From Pseudomonadota bacterium (GTDB taxonomy: Bacteria > Pseudomonadota > Alphaproteobacteria > Caulobacterales > Hyphomonadaceae), in contig JBCBGJ010000001.1 in the NCBI GenBank assembly GCA_038526925.1, positions 1 to 39,493 of the forward strand: a DNA stretch of 39,493 bases, in the 5' to 3' direction. This document shows, piece after piece, positions 28,861 through 37,980 of the stretch. The notes under the pieces were generated by a model. The model was given only the letters and a program-made list of their open reading frames with translations. It made no database searches and was not told the DNA's origin. How positions within the stretch are numbered: the first letter of the stretch is position 1; the number at the start of each line of letters is the position of its first letter. Both the position numbers and the translations under genes were made by a program.

Positions 28861-30060
28861 CTAGCGCAGGTCCAGGCGCTTCAATGGCGCGCCAAGCGAT
28901 CCCGATACCATCGCGGCGAGCAAGGGCGGCGCAGGCCAAATCTTACTCAGCGGCGCTGCGAGCCAATCCCTGAGCCAAGGCAAGACCCGGCTATCGCCCT
29001 GGTAGACCGGCGTGAATAGCCAAGTCATGACTTGATAGAGACGGACATGATAGCGCCGCAAGCGCAGATAGTGGCGAAGCGCGTCTTCCACGCGTGGTTC
29101 TGCGCGCATTGCCTGAGACAGCGCCCAGGCATCAAGAAGCGCCATGTTTGCGCCCTGTCCCAATTGTGGTGAGGCAGCATGCCAAGAATCACCGATCCGA
29201 ACCAGTCCGCGCCCCTCGACCGGCTGACGAGATGTATGATGGCGATAGCGCGCGAAGGTTAGATCGTCATGACTTTGGAAGTGCGGCATCAGCTGCTCTG
29301 TTTCTGGCCACAGCGCGACGGCGTCCTGCTTCCATTGATCTAATGACGCCGCGCGCCAGCTGGCTTCCTGATCGGCGCGGATCGACCAGAAATAGGTTAG
29401 CGTTTCGGGCGCGACCTCTGCCAAACGCCCAGAAGGCATCACACCCGTCATTTGGTGAGAAGCGCGATAACGCTGCTCCAGCGCGCTTTTATCGAAGGGA
29501 CTTTTTTCAGGCCAAGGCAGTGTCGCCCATAGCGCTCCGTACGGAAGATCGACGCCTCGATCCTCGGGGGTCAGACTCGATCGCGCGCCATGCGCGAACA
29601 CGATAAGATCCATACCGGAAATCTGATCACCGTTTTCCAGTTTGATCGAGAGGTCCGCCGCATTGACGCTGGCTACAGCCGAATTCAGAACGATCTCGAC
29701 ACCCGCCGCATATGCAGCGCTGAGCAATTGTTCAAAAACCAAGCCGCGCTGCACGCCGAGGCCATATAGGTCCGGCTGCCATTTGGCGTATCGAACATCG
29801 AGCACGGGCCGTAGCGACGGCGTCGTTAAGCCCCACAGCCGCGCAATTCGAGTGCCGAGCGCATCAATCTCGGACCGTAGCCCGAGTTGCTCCAGAACGG
29901 CCAAGCCGGTCTGCTGCAACATCAAGCCAGATCCGATGGGTTTCGGCTCCGGAAATTGATCAAATACGCGAACGCGGTGGCCATCCCGCGCGAGGAAAAT
30001 TGCGAGCGCGAGCCCGCCAATCCCCGCGCCAACCACCGCAATTTCTCGAGACCCACTCAT
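28861..30060 (-). CDS. FAD-dependent monooxygenase
   Basis: VVGAGIGGL, IGDSWHAASPQLGQGANMALLDA; ATG 30060. Confidence 0.9.
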   Translation of the reverse strand: MSGSREIAVVGAGIGGLALAIFLARDGHRVRVFDQFPEPKPIGSGLMLQQTGLAVLEQLGLRSEIDALGTRIARLWGLTTPSLRPVLDVRYAKWQPDLYGLGVQRGLVFEQLLSAAYAAGVEIVLNSAVASVNAADLSIKLENGDQISGMDLIVFAHGARSSLTPEDRGVDLPYGALWATLPWPEKSPFDKSALEQRYRASHQMTGVMPSGRLAEVAPETLTYFWSIRADQEASWRAASLDQWKQDAVALWPETEQLMPHFQSHDDLTFARYRHHTSRQPVEGRGLVRIGDSWHAASPQLGQGANMALLDAWALSQAMRAEPRVEDALRHYLRLRRYHVRLYQVMTWLFTPVYQGDSRVLPWLRDWLAAPLSKIWPAPPLLAAMVSGSLGAPLKRLDLR

Positions 30061-30123
30061 TTCTTCACTCTGCAGCGCGGCGTTGCGATTGTCACCGAGG
30101 CAAAAACTTCCTACCTGAACGCC

Positions 30124-31776
30124 ATGACTCAATCGCTCAAATTGCTCGTCGCGCAACTCAACCCTGTCGTGGGAGACGTTAAAGGAAACAAAGCTTTAGC
30201 AGAGGCGGCACATGCCGAAGGTAAAGCCAAAGGCGCAGAACTGATCGTTTTTTCTGAGCTTTTCATCCTGGGCTACCCGGCAGAGGACTTGGTGCTGAAA
30301 CCCGCTGCGGTCGAACATTCCATGGCCGCAATTGAAGACCTGAAAGCACTCACAAAAGACGGCCCGGGCATGTTAATCGGATCGCCATGGCGCGACGGCG
30401 ATAAGTTGCACAATTCGGTTCTGCTCCTGCAAGAGGGCGAGATCCGCCTCCGCTATGACAAGCGTGAACTGCCGAATTATGGCGTATTCGATGAGAAACG
30501 TATCTTCGATGCGGGCGAGGGCGCGCATGAGCTGGTTGAGCTAAATGGTGTCAAAGTCGGGATCGCGATCTGTGAGGACATTTGGTACTCGCGCGTGCCA
30601 GCTGCTCTCCACGAAGCAGGCGCAGAGGTCTTGCTGGTCCCCAACGCGTCGCCGTGGCGCCGGACGGTAAATGTCGAGCGCCACACCACGTTCTCGGCTT
30701 GGGCCAAAACAGGCGTCCCTTACTTGTTTGCGAACCAAGTCGGTGGCCAGGATGAGCTCGTGTTTGATGGCGCGTCTTATGCGGTCGACTTCGACGGCAC
30801 TGAACACCAGTTGCTGGGTGACTTCGTATCCGGCACAGCGCTCGTCACTTACGATGGTAACAGCCACCGCTTTGTTCCTGCCGATGAGCCCGCAAAACTG
30901 ACCGCAGGCTGGGAAGCAGAATACCGCGCCGCGACCCTGGCGCTGGGCGATTACGTCAACAAGAACCGGTTCCCAGGCGTCGTACTTGGCCTATCCGGCG
31001 GCATTGATAGTGCGCTGACCGCCGCCATGGCGGTGGATGCTCTTGGCCCAGACCGTGTCTGGTGCGTGATGATGCCGAGCAAATATACAAGCTCCGACAG
31101 TCTCGAAGACGCAAAAGCCTGCGCTGAGGCGCTCGGCGTGCGCTATGACAATATCAATATCGCGCCGGGCGTCGGTGCCTTGGATGAGATGCTGGGCGGT
31201 GCCTTTGCTGAAACCCAGCCCGATACGACTGAGGAAAACATCCAGTCCCGCCTGCGCGGCCTAACCCTGATGGCGCTCTCCAATAAGTTTGGCCATATGG
31301 TCGTCACGACCGGCAATAAGTCCGAGATGGCAGTCGGCTATGCGACGCTGTATGGCGATATGTGCGGCGGCTATAATGCGCTCAAAGACTTCTACAAAAC
31401 CGAGGTCTTCGCGCTGTCCCGCTGGCGCAATACCGCCGTCCCGCTTGGCGCGCTCGGTCCTAGCGGGGAGGTGATCCCGGAGCGGATCATCACCAAACCG
31501 CCAAGCGCGGAGCTGCGCGATGATCAAAAAGACGAAGACTCGCTGCCGCCTTACGACGTGCTCGATGACATCCTGCGCGGCCTGGTTGATGCCGAAGAAG
31601 ACGTCGACGACATCCTCGCCCGCGGCCACGATGCGGCAACGGTGAAACGGATCGAACACTTGCTCTACATCGCCGAATATAAGCGCCGCCAAGCCCCGCC
31701 CGGCGTGAAAGTCGGCTCAAAGAATTTCGGCCGCGACCGGCGCTATCCGATTACGAACAGGTTCCGGGATAGCTGA
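30124..31776 (+). CDS. nadE: Glutamine-dependent NAD+ synthetase
   Basis: Nitrilase triad (SELF, DKRELPNY, ICEDIW), SGGIDSAL, ENIQSR, TGNKSE, YATLYGD, PPSAEL. Confidence 0.96.
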   Translation: MTQSLKLLVAQLNPVVGDVKGNKALAEAAHAEGKAKGAELIVFSELFILGYPAEDLVLKPAAVEHSMAAIEDLKALTKDGPGMLIGSPWRDGDKLHNSVLLLQEGEIRLRYDKRELPNYGVFDEKRIFDAGEGAHELVELNGVKVGIAICEDIWYSRVPAALHEAGAEVLLVPNASPWRRTVNVERHTTFSAWAKTGVPYLFANQVGGQDELVFDGASYAVDFDGTEHQLLGDFVSGTALVTYDGNSHRFVPADEPAKLTAGWEAEYRAATLALGDYVNKNRFPGVVLGLSGGIDSALTAAMAVDALGPDRVWCVMMPSKYTSSDSLEDAKACAEALGVRYDNINIAPGVGALDEMLGGAFAETQPDTTEENIQSRLRGLTLMALSNKFGHMVVTTGNKSEMAVGYATLYGDMCGGYNALKDFYKTEVFALSRWRNTAVPLGALGPSGEVIPERIITKPPSAELRDDQKDEDSLPPYDVLDDILRGLVDAEEDVDDILARGHDAATVKRIEHLLYIAEYKRRQAPPGVKVGSKNFGRDRRYPITNRFRDS

Positions 31777-31829
31777 ACATAATGCGTCTCGATGCTGAGG
31801 TTTGGCATTTGTTTCAGCCCTGTCATAAC

Positions 31830-32282
31830 TCAATCGCTTACATCTCGCTGACCTAGATGCTGCATGAATCGAAGTAAGTACCCATCGGGGTCTTGAATTA
31901 GAAACTGGGTCTGTCCGTTTTCATGGTTCTCTTCACGATACCAAGCTGTTTGCAGCGGTCGAAATATCTCAAGCTCGGCAGCGACACATCGCTGGTAGAT
32001 CGACTGCACATCTTGGACTTCGATCTGGAAGTTTATCCCTCTACCGAGCGGCGCATTGAAATCGCCAGTCTTCCAGATCGTGGTGTGGTCATCGGGAATT
32101 TGATCTAGCATTAACTGAGCCTGGCCCAGTTCAACATAGGCGAACCTCTCCTCAGGGCGACCAAACTTCTCGGTGAAACCAATGATATCGCAATAGAATT
32201 TCAGACTAATGTCTAAGTCGGAAACGTATAGTTCCGGGACGAGCAACGCCCAAAAGTCGCGATCGGTTTTAAATTGATCCAT
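31830..32282 (-). CDS. VOC/glyoxalase (bleomycin resistance-like) protein
   Basis: LVPELYVSD...FY, PLGRGINFQI, QFLIQDPDGYLLRF. Confidence 0.88.
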   Translation of the reverse strand: MDQFKTDRDFWALLVPELYVSDLDISLKFYCDIIGFTEKFGRPEERFAYVELGQAQLMLDQIPDDHTTIWKTGDFNAPLGRGINFQIEVQDVQSIYQRCVAAELEIFRPLQTAWYREENHENGQTQFLIQDPDGYLLRFMQHLGQRDVSD

Positions 32283-32443
32283 CTGCTCATCCTATAACTT
32301 GTGCAATGAGCGATATCGAAGAGTGAGAAGTAAGACCAGTACGGGGCGAATCTCAGCCCTCCGGATCCAGACCTTATAGTGCGCGCGATTGACGAACGAT
32401 GATTGGCAGTGAATGCTTCGCTATCGAATGAGTGGAGCAGGAA

Positions 32444-32863
32444 ATGACCAATACTTGCGCGTGCGGCAGCGTAAAGGTGACCGTGAAACGAAAGCCAGAC
32501 TACATCTATGATTGCGATTGCACCCTGTGCCGAAAATCCGGTGCAGCTTGGGGATACTACACCACTGATGAGATTACCGCTGAAGGCCAAACAATCGCGT
32601 ACGCCAGGAGGGACAAGGCTGTTCCCATCGTTGAGATTCACTCTTGCGCGGTTTGTGGCTCGACCACGCACTTCAATCTGACAGAAAGCTACAAGGCAGA
32701 GCATCCAGGCGTTGATCAAGTCGGTGTAAACATGCGCCTCTTTGATGCTGAACAATTGGATGGCGTTGAAATCCAATACCCAAATGGGAGCGCTTGGTCA
32801 GGAGATGGACCGTTCGGGTTTCGCAGGCAACCGAACACCCTTTCGTCCGACAATCCTTGGTAA
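32444..32863 (+). CDS. GFA/CENP-V family protein
   Basis: CACG, CDCTLCRK, CAVCG zinc motifs, VGVNMRL. Confidence 0.88.
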   Translation: MTNTCACGSVKVTVKRKPDYIYDCDCTLCRKSGAAWGYYTTDEITAEGQTIAYARRDKAVPIVEIHSCAVCGSTTHFNLTESYKAEHPGVDQVGVNMRLFDAEQLDGVEIQYPNGSAWSGDGPFGFRRQPNTLSSDNPW

Positions 32864-32975
32864 TGCCAATTCGTTTGAGGCCATGAGCCTCTTGAACATT
32901 CGATAATTCGGGTCTCGATTTCGAACTTGTCCAAAAGAGTTCAAATAGCAGCGAACATCGGCCACTCCTCAACCC

Positions 32976-33863
32976 CTACCCCATCGCCGCAATTGCTTCG
33001 GCCACAGCGACGGTGCGGTGGGCTTCTTCCAAGTGCAAGAGTTCGGTCATTTTGCCATTCACTTTGAGAACGCCTTTGCCCGCATTGGTGGGGTCCGCGA
33101 AGGCTTCGATGACGGCTTTGGCTTGCTCCACATCCGCGTCCGCTGGGGCGAAGACTGTATTCGCCGCTTCGAGCTGTGATGGATGGATAAGGGTCTTGCC
33201 ATCAAAGCCCATCAGGCGGCCTTGCTCACACTCCGCCGTCAGACCCTCATCGTCGCCAATACCATTGAATACGCCATCAACCGCCAGCAAGTCATAAGCG
33301 CGGGCGGCAGCAACAGTGAGGCCGAGCGAGGTCTGGAACGCTGTCCGCAGCGGCGGGTCATTCACACCGCGTAGTTCTTTCGCGAGGTCATTGGTCCCCA
33401 TCACAAAAGCGGTTAGGCGCGTGCGGCCCACGGCTTCGGCAATGTCTTGAATGTTGAGGATCGCTTTGGGCATTTCAATCATCACCCACAGTCCCATCTC
33501 ATCAGGCGCACCAGCGCGACTCATCGCATCATTCAGCCGGTCAATATCGCCGCCATCAATGACCTTAGGCGCCAGGATCGCATCAGGGCCCGCCGCGACT
33601 GCAGCTTTGAGGTCATCGAGTCCCCACTCAGTGTCTAAGCCATTGATGCGAATGATGACTTCGCGGGCGCCATAGCCGCCAGCTTTGACCGCGGCGCAGA
33701 CCGTCTCGCGCGCGTCTAGTTTTGCGTCGGGCGCGACAGCGTCTTCGAGATCAAAGATCACCGAATCTGCCGCAAGAGACTTCGCTTTCTCGAGCGCCCG
33801 CGGGTTTGCGCCCGGCATATAGAGACAAGATCGACGAGGGCGATGGGCGGAATTGATCGACAA
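32976..33863 (-). CDS. CitE/HpcH-family CoA ester lyase (malyl-CoA lyase-like)
   Basis: RPRRSCLYMPG, FDLEDAV, MIE, GTNDL, GFDGKTLIHPSQ; TTG start with GGAGG SD. Confidence 0.9.
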   Translation of the reverse strand: MSINSAHRPRRSCLYMPGANPRALEKAKSLAADSVIFDLEDAVAPDAKLDARETVCAAVKAGGYGAREVIIRINGLDTEWGLDDLKAAVAAGPDAILAPKVIDGGDIDRLNDAMSRAGAPDEMGLWVMIEMPKAILNIQDIAEAVGRTRLTAFVMGTNDLAKELRGVNDPPLRTAFQTSLGLTVAAARAYDLLAVDGVFNGIGDDEGLTAECEQGRLMGFDGKTLIHPSQLEAANTVFAPADADVEQAKAVIEAFADPTNAGKGVLKVNGKMTELLHLEEAHRTVAVAEAIAAMG

Positions 33864-33968
33864 TTTGTGAACCTCCAATGTGCGCGGCAAGCGTTGCGTG
33901 CCGGTTTTTCCGTGAGTAATCAAGAGGTCACGTCGAGCGATCATGACGGAAAGGGTGACAGGCTTCGA

Positions 33969-34487
33969 ATGAGATATGTGATCTCTTCAGTCGCGATAGC
34001 CACTGCTGCAATGACAGCGCAGAGCGAGCCTTTGACCATTCAAAGCGTCATGCAAGAGTTGCGAGATCGAGGCGCAAATTCCGTCGATGGCGCGCTTATT
34101 TTTGGAGATCCGTTGGTGACCGGAGAGTTTGACGGTCAGGGATTCAGTCTTCGCCTCGGCCTTTGCGATCATGATACGATTGGCAATGATTGCCGCTCTA
34201 CCGTTTTCAGCTCGTGCATCCCGGTCCCCACGTTGACGGAGCTTGATACACTCAAGATGATCGATACGTATAATGGGGACCTGGATCGTCGCGGGGCCCT
34301 TTACAGTGACGCGATTGTTGGGATCGGACCCGCGGTTTGCGTAAAGCTGCGCCGGAACTTTCATGATGAAGACGCTTTTGACTTATCGGATATTTTCGAT
34401 TGGCAATTGGCATTCGGTGACTTCAAAGAGTATCTCGACGAGCACGTTAAGCATCAGCGCAGAAAAGAAATCCTGGGACTCAATTAG
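33969..34487 (+). CDS. Exported protein, YbjN-like domain
   Basis: Signal peptide; GDP..GEFDG..F....C..C pattern, IDTYN, terminal W..F...L helix recall YbjN-family proteins. Confidence 0.5.
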   Translation: MRYVISSVAIATAAMTAQSEPLTIQSVMQELRDRGANSVDGALIFGDPLVTGEFDGQGFSLRLGLCDHDTIGNDCRSTVFSSCIPVPTLTELDTLKMIDTYNGDLDRRGALYSDAIVGIGPAVCVKLRRNFHDEDAFDLSDIFDWQLAFGDFKEYLDEHVKHQRRKEILGLN

Positions 34488-34591
34488 GCGCGATTATCGC
34501 GGTCTTTCCCTGTAAGATTGACGCGTCGAGACTTTCGCTTCAGGAGAGCGCGCTGACCTGTTCTTGATCCCTTTTCTTTGCCGAGGCCCAC

Positions 34592-35059
34592 ATGGACGAC
34601 ATCAAGCTGCGCACTGCGACTGCAGAAGACTATGACACTCTGGGCGAGGTCATGTTCGACGCGATCCACAATGGCCCCACTAAATATACCGATGCCGAAT
34701 CCAAAGCTTGGGCCTCTGCGCCGCGCGCGGGACCCGATTGGGCAACCCGGCTAAGCCAGAAAGACGTCATCATCGCTGAGCGTGGCCGCGAAATATTAGG
34801 GTTCATGTCGATTGAGCCAGGCGGCTATGTCGACTTCGCTTATATCCGTCCGTCGGCGCAAGGGACGGGTCTGTTCCGCCGGCTTTTCTCAGACGTTCTT
34901 GCCCGCGCAGAGGCGGCTCAAGAAACCGAGCTCTCGACGCATGCAAGCTTAATGGCGCAACCCGCCTTCGCTGCCATGGGGTTTGATGTGGATTTTCATG
35001 AGACTGTGGAGATAGACGGCCAACAACTCGCGCGTGCGCGTATGTCCAAAACGCTGTAA
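34592..35059 (+). CDS. GNAT acetyltransferase (YafP-like)
   Basis: YIRPSAQGTG, THASLMAQPAFAAMGF. Confidence 0.85.
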   Translation: MDDIKLRTATAEDYDTLGEVMFDAIHNGPTKYTDAESKAWASAPRAGPDWATRLSQKDVIIAERGREILGFMSIEPGGYVDFAYIRPSAQGTGLFRRLFSDVLARAEAAQETELSTHASLMAQPAFAAMGFDVDFHETVEIDGQQLARARMSKTL

Positions 35060-35068
35060 GGGACGCTT

Positions 35069-36193
35069 ATGACAGACTTTCCCATCTCAGGCTTTACGGC
35101 CCCTGGTTTTGAGCCCGTCCTAGAGGCGTTTGAGGCAAACTTCAGCGAAGACAAAGAACTGGGCGCCGGGTTTTCGGCCTATCTGGATGGGGACCTGATC
35201 GTCGACTTGCATGGCGGTTTCGCAGACCGGAAGCAAGAACGCGCTTGGGATGCGCAAACCGTGGTGCCCATTTATTCAACCACAAAGCCCATTGCCGCCC
35301 TGACCCTTGCTCATGTCATTGATGCTCTGCCAGCTGGATATGAGACCGCCGTCGCTGACCTTTGGCCAGAGTTTGGGACGAATGGAAAACAGGCGGTGAC
35401 GATTGCTGAACTGGTCTCGCACCAGGCTGGCCTACCCGGATTTACCGACCCGGTGGATCCGGCAATCTGGCTAGATCCACCGGCTTGCAGCTCCGCCCTG
35501 GCATCGCTGGCGCCGCTTTGGGAGCCGGGCTCACAGCACGGTTATCATCCGCTCACTTGGGGCTATCTGATCGGCGAAATCGTGCAACGTATTGAAGGCC
35601 GCAGCCTTGGCACCATACTTCGCGAAGAGATTGCGGGCCCCGCAGACATCGACTTCCAGATCGGGACACCGGCGTCCGACCATCCCCGCGTTGCAGACAT
35701 CATGCGCCCGCGTGCTTTACCGGATCTTGGCGAAATTAATGACGCGACCCGTGCAGCTTTCCTAACCAAATGGGCCGCCCCTGACCGCGGCGGCGCAATC
35801 TGGCGCGAAATTGAAATTCCCTCTGCAAATGGGATCGGGACGGCCAGTGCTGTTGCGCAGCTTTACGGCATCTATGCGCATGGCGGGCTGCTGAACGGCG
35901 GCCGCGTGATTTCGGAAGCCGCCTTCGATGCGCTGACGCAAAGCCGGGTAAAGGGTCAGGATCTCGTCCTTCCTTATATCACGGAATTCGCAGCCGGCGT
36001 GATGCGGAACAATATTGGGCTGTATGGGCCAAACCCCGACACGCTTTGTCACTCAGGTTGGGGCGGTTCGCTCGCTTTAGGCGACCCAGATCGCGGACTA
36101 AGCCTCGCTTACGTGATGAACCGCCAATCTAACAGTCTGCAAGCCGATCCGCGTGCGACCAGATTGGCGCATGCGCTGTACGGTTGTTTATAG
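35069..36193 (+). CDS. Beta-lactamase-fold serine hydrolase (family VIII esterase)
   Basis: STTK (SxxK), SHQAGL, GYHPLTWG, HSGWGG. Confidence 0.9.
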   Translation: MTDFPISGFTAPGFEPVLEAFEANFSEDKELGAGFSAYLDGDLIVDLHGGFADRKQERAWDAQTVVPIYSTTKPIAALTLAHVIDALPAGYETAVADLWPEFGTNGKQAVTIAELVSHQAGLPGFTDPVDPAIWLDPPACSSALASLAPLWEPGSQHGYHPLTWGYLIGEIVQRIEGRSLGTILREEIAGPADIDFQIGTPASDHPRVADIMRPRALPDLGEINDATRAAFLTKWAAPDRGGAIWREIEIPSANGIGTASAVAQLYGIYAHGGLLNGGRVISEAAFDALTQSRVKGQDLVLPYITEFAAGVMRNNIGLYGPNPDTLCHSGWGGSLALGDPDRGLSLAYVMNRQSNSLQADPRATRLAHALYGCL

Positions 36194-36226
36194 GCTGTTT
36201 CTATCATTAATAGATTTTTTACCGTC

Positions 36227-36242
36227 TGGCACGGCGCTTGCT
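36227..36242 (+). promoter_or_regulatory. Sigma54 -24/-12 promoter
   Basis: TGGCAC-GGCGC-TTGCT, a perfect match to TGGCAC-N5-TTGCW. Confidence 0.75.
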
Positions 36243-36253
36243 CCGTGTGTCTC

Positions 36254-36313
36254 GAGTTTGGAAACTCTTTACCACATGATACTCACTTCAAACCCGGCTT
36301 CGGCCGGGTTTTT
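36254..36313 (+). ncRNA. Candidate ~60-nt sigma54-dependent small RNA
   Basis: Promoter, then 5' hairpin GAGTT-TGGA-AACTC, a 22-nt unpaired segment and a terminator; no plausible ORF. Confidence 0.55.
36290..36313 (+). terminator. Intrinsic terminator (possibly bidirectional with rarD)
   Basis: AAACCCGGC-TTCG-GCCGGGTTTTT. Confidence 0.9.
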
Positions 36314-36315
36314 CT

Positions 36316-37227
36316 TTATCGCAAGGATGCGGCCGCCCTTGCCAAACGTCTCGCTTTCGCCTCGCCCATCAAGCTATCAATCGTGAATACGATCAGTGCG
36401 GTCCAAATGAACGCAAAGGCGATGGCATGCGTCAGTCCGAAGGCCTCTTTGAAGACCAGGACCGAGATCAAAAACTGCAGGGTTGGCCCGAGATACTGCA
36501 TCATTCCGATTGTCGAGAGGCGTAGCCGTTTCGCGGCGATCGCAAACAGGATCAGGGGGACCGCTGTGATCGGGCCAGAGGCGAGCAGCAATGGAATATC
36601 CCAGCCGCCGCCCCCGAATAGGCGTCCGCCCGGTTGCCCGACGAACCAACCCATCCAAATCAGCGCCAGTGGCGCGAGCAAAGCGGCCTCAACCACGAAT
36701 CCTGCTCGGCTATCGACCTGCACTTGCTTCCGGATGATCGAGTAGAACGCGAAGGTGAAACACAGGACCAGTGCGACCCAGGGCACATATCCGAGCGCGC
36801 TGGTCATGACGGTCACACCAATCCCTGCAAGCCCAACCGCAGCCCATTGCGCCGGGCGCAGTCGCTCCGCGAAAAACACCGCCCCGATCAAGACATTTAC
36901 GAGAGGGTTTATGTAATATCCGAGGCTGGCTTCCATCACCCGTTCTTGGCTCACCGCCCAGATGTAAACGAGCCAGTTTGCTCCGATCAGAAGCGCCGAC
37001 AGGGTCAGCCACAAAACATGCTCGCGTGTTAAAGCTGCTCGTAATTGCGACCAATTGCGCGCAATCACAATCAAAATCAGACCGGTCGGAACGCTCCAAA
37101 TGATCCGGTGCGCCAGCATCTCCATTGGCGAGATGTGATCGAGAACACGGAAATAGAGCGGCAAGCACCCCCAGATGGTGTAACATCCAAGACAACACAA
37201 AAAGCCGAGACGCAGGTTTGAAGACAT
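36316..37227 (-). CDS. rarD: EamA-family transporter RarD
   Basis: WG..PLYF, HRIIWS, EASLGYYINPL, GMMQYLGPTLQF. Confidence 0.93.
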   Translation of the reverse strand: MSSNLRLGFLCCLGCYTIWGCLPLYFRVLDHISPMEMLAHRIIWSVPTGLILIVIARNWSQLRAALTREHVLWLTLSALLIGANWLVYIWAVSQERVMEASLGYYINPLVNVLIGAVFFAERLRPAQWAAVGLAGIGVTVMTSALGYVPWVALVLCFTFAFYSIIRKQVQVDSRAGFVVEAALLAPLALIWMGWFVGQPGGRLFGGGGWDIPLLLASGPITAVPLILFAIAAKRLRLSTIGMMQYLGPTLQFLISVLVFKEAFGLTHAIAFAFIWTALIVFTIDSLMGEAKARRLARAAASLR

Positions 37228-37281
37228 TCGCCCCGGTACCGCCGATTGTTCGGAAAGACCACCCGAAACTTGCCTCTGAAA

Positions 37282-37887
37282 CTAATTTCCTGTCGGCGGG
37301 CCCGCGGCCAAGCCCACGTCAATGAAATGTAGCAATTGATCCGGGTAACTTTCATCAAGATGCTGATAGAAATCTTGCCCAAAAATGCCGGTTAGAGTGG
37401 GTTGAGAAATCTCGAAATAGTTGATCGCGCCAAGGATTTGATAAACGAAAGCAAGGATCTGAGCATCGCTCGCATTCTGCCAACGCGAAACTTCTTTCAC
37501 TTGATCGATTAGATTCTGTAGGAACCCTTTCAGATACCACGTCCCGGCCGTGTCCGCGCGGCGCTTATTGTCGAGAAGTTCGCGCATCAAAACCGTGGTT
37601 GCGTGCGGGCCTAACTGGTCTTTCTTCAGAAGCGCGAGAAAGTAAGTCTTCAAACCCTGAACCGGATCAGGTTCTGAGAGCTGCTCCTTTAGCGCCATAA
37701 ATCGAGACGATATCCGCTTCAGCACCTCGCCGTAGAGCTTCTCTTTACTGCCATAGTGATGCAACAGCGCCTGCTTGGTTAGGCCTAGCTCACTGGCGAT
37801 AGCTGCGATGCTGACACCATAAAATCCGCGCTCTGCAAACAAGGCCTCGGCCTGGTCCAAAAGTCTTTCACGCGTGTCTTGAGCCAT
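37282..37887 (-). CDS. TetR-family transcriptional regulator
   Basis: FAERGFYGVSIAAIASELGLTKQALLHHYGSKEKLY. Confidence 0.92.
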   Translation of the reverse strand: MAQDTRERLLDQAEALFAERGFYGVSIAAIASELGLTKQALLHHYGSKEKLYGEVLKRISSRFMALKEQLSEPDPVQGLKTYFLALLKKDQLGPHATTVLMRELLDNKRRADTAGTWYLKGFLQNLIDQVKEVSRWQNASDAQILAFVYQILGAINYFEISQPTLTGIFGQDFYQHLDESYPDQLLHFIDVGLAAGPPTGN

Positions 37888-37905
37888 CGGCAGACCTCAT
37901 CAAAC

Positions 37906-37951
37906 TTGACACCCTACCATATGGTAAGTTATGCCACCTACCAAGCGGTAA
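37906..37951. promoter_or_regulatory. TTGACA -35 plus two TetR operators CTACC-N4-GGTAA
   Basis: CTACCATATGGTAA (37914-37927), CTACCAAGCGGTAA (37938-37951), TTGACA 37906-37911. Confidence 0.75.
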
Positions 37952-37980
37952 TTTTCAGAGATCGCACATGGGAGGCCAAA

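Noticed and set aside
29887-30156. Apparent head-to-head overlap of nadE and the monooxygenase
   Set aside because: Artefact of longest-ORF starts; family motifs begin at 30124 and 30060
36245-36745. 166-aa + strand ORF starting just after the sigma54 box
   Set aside because: Its GTG precedes the expected TSS, it runs through a strong terminator, and it is antisense to rarD
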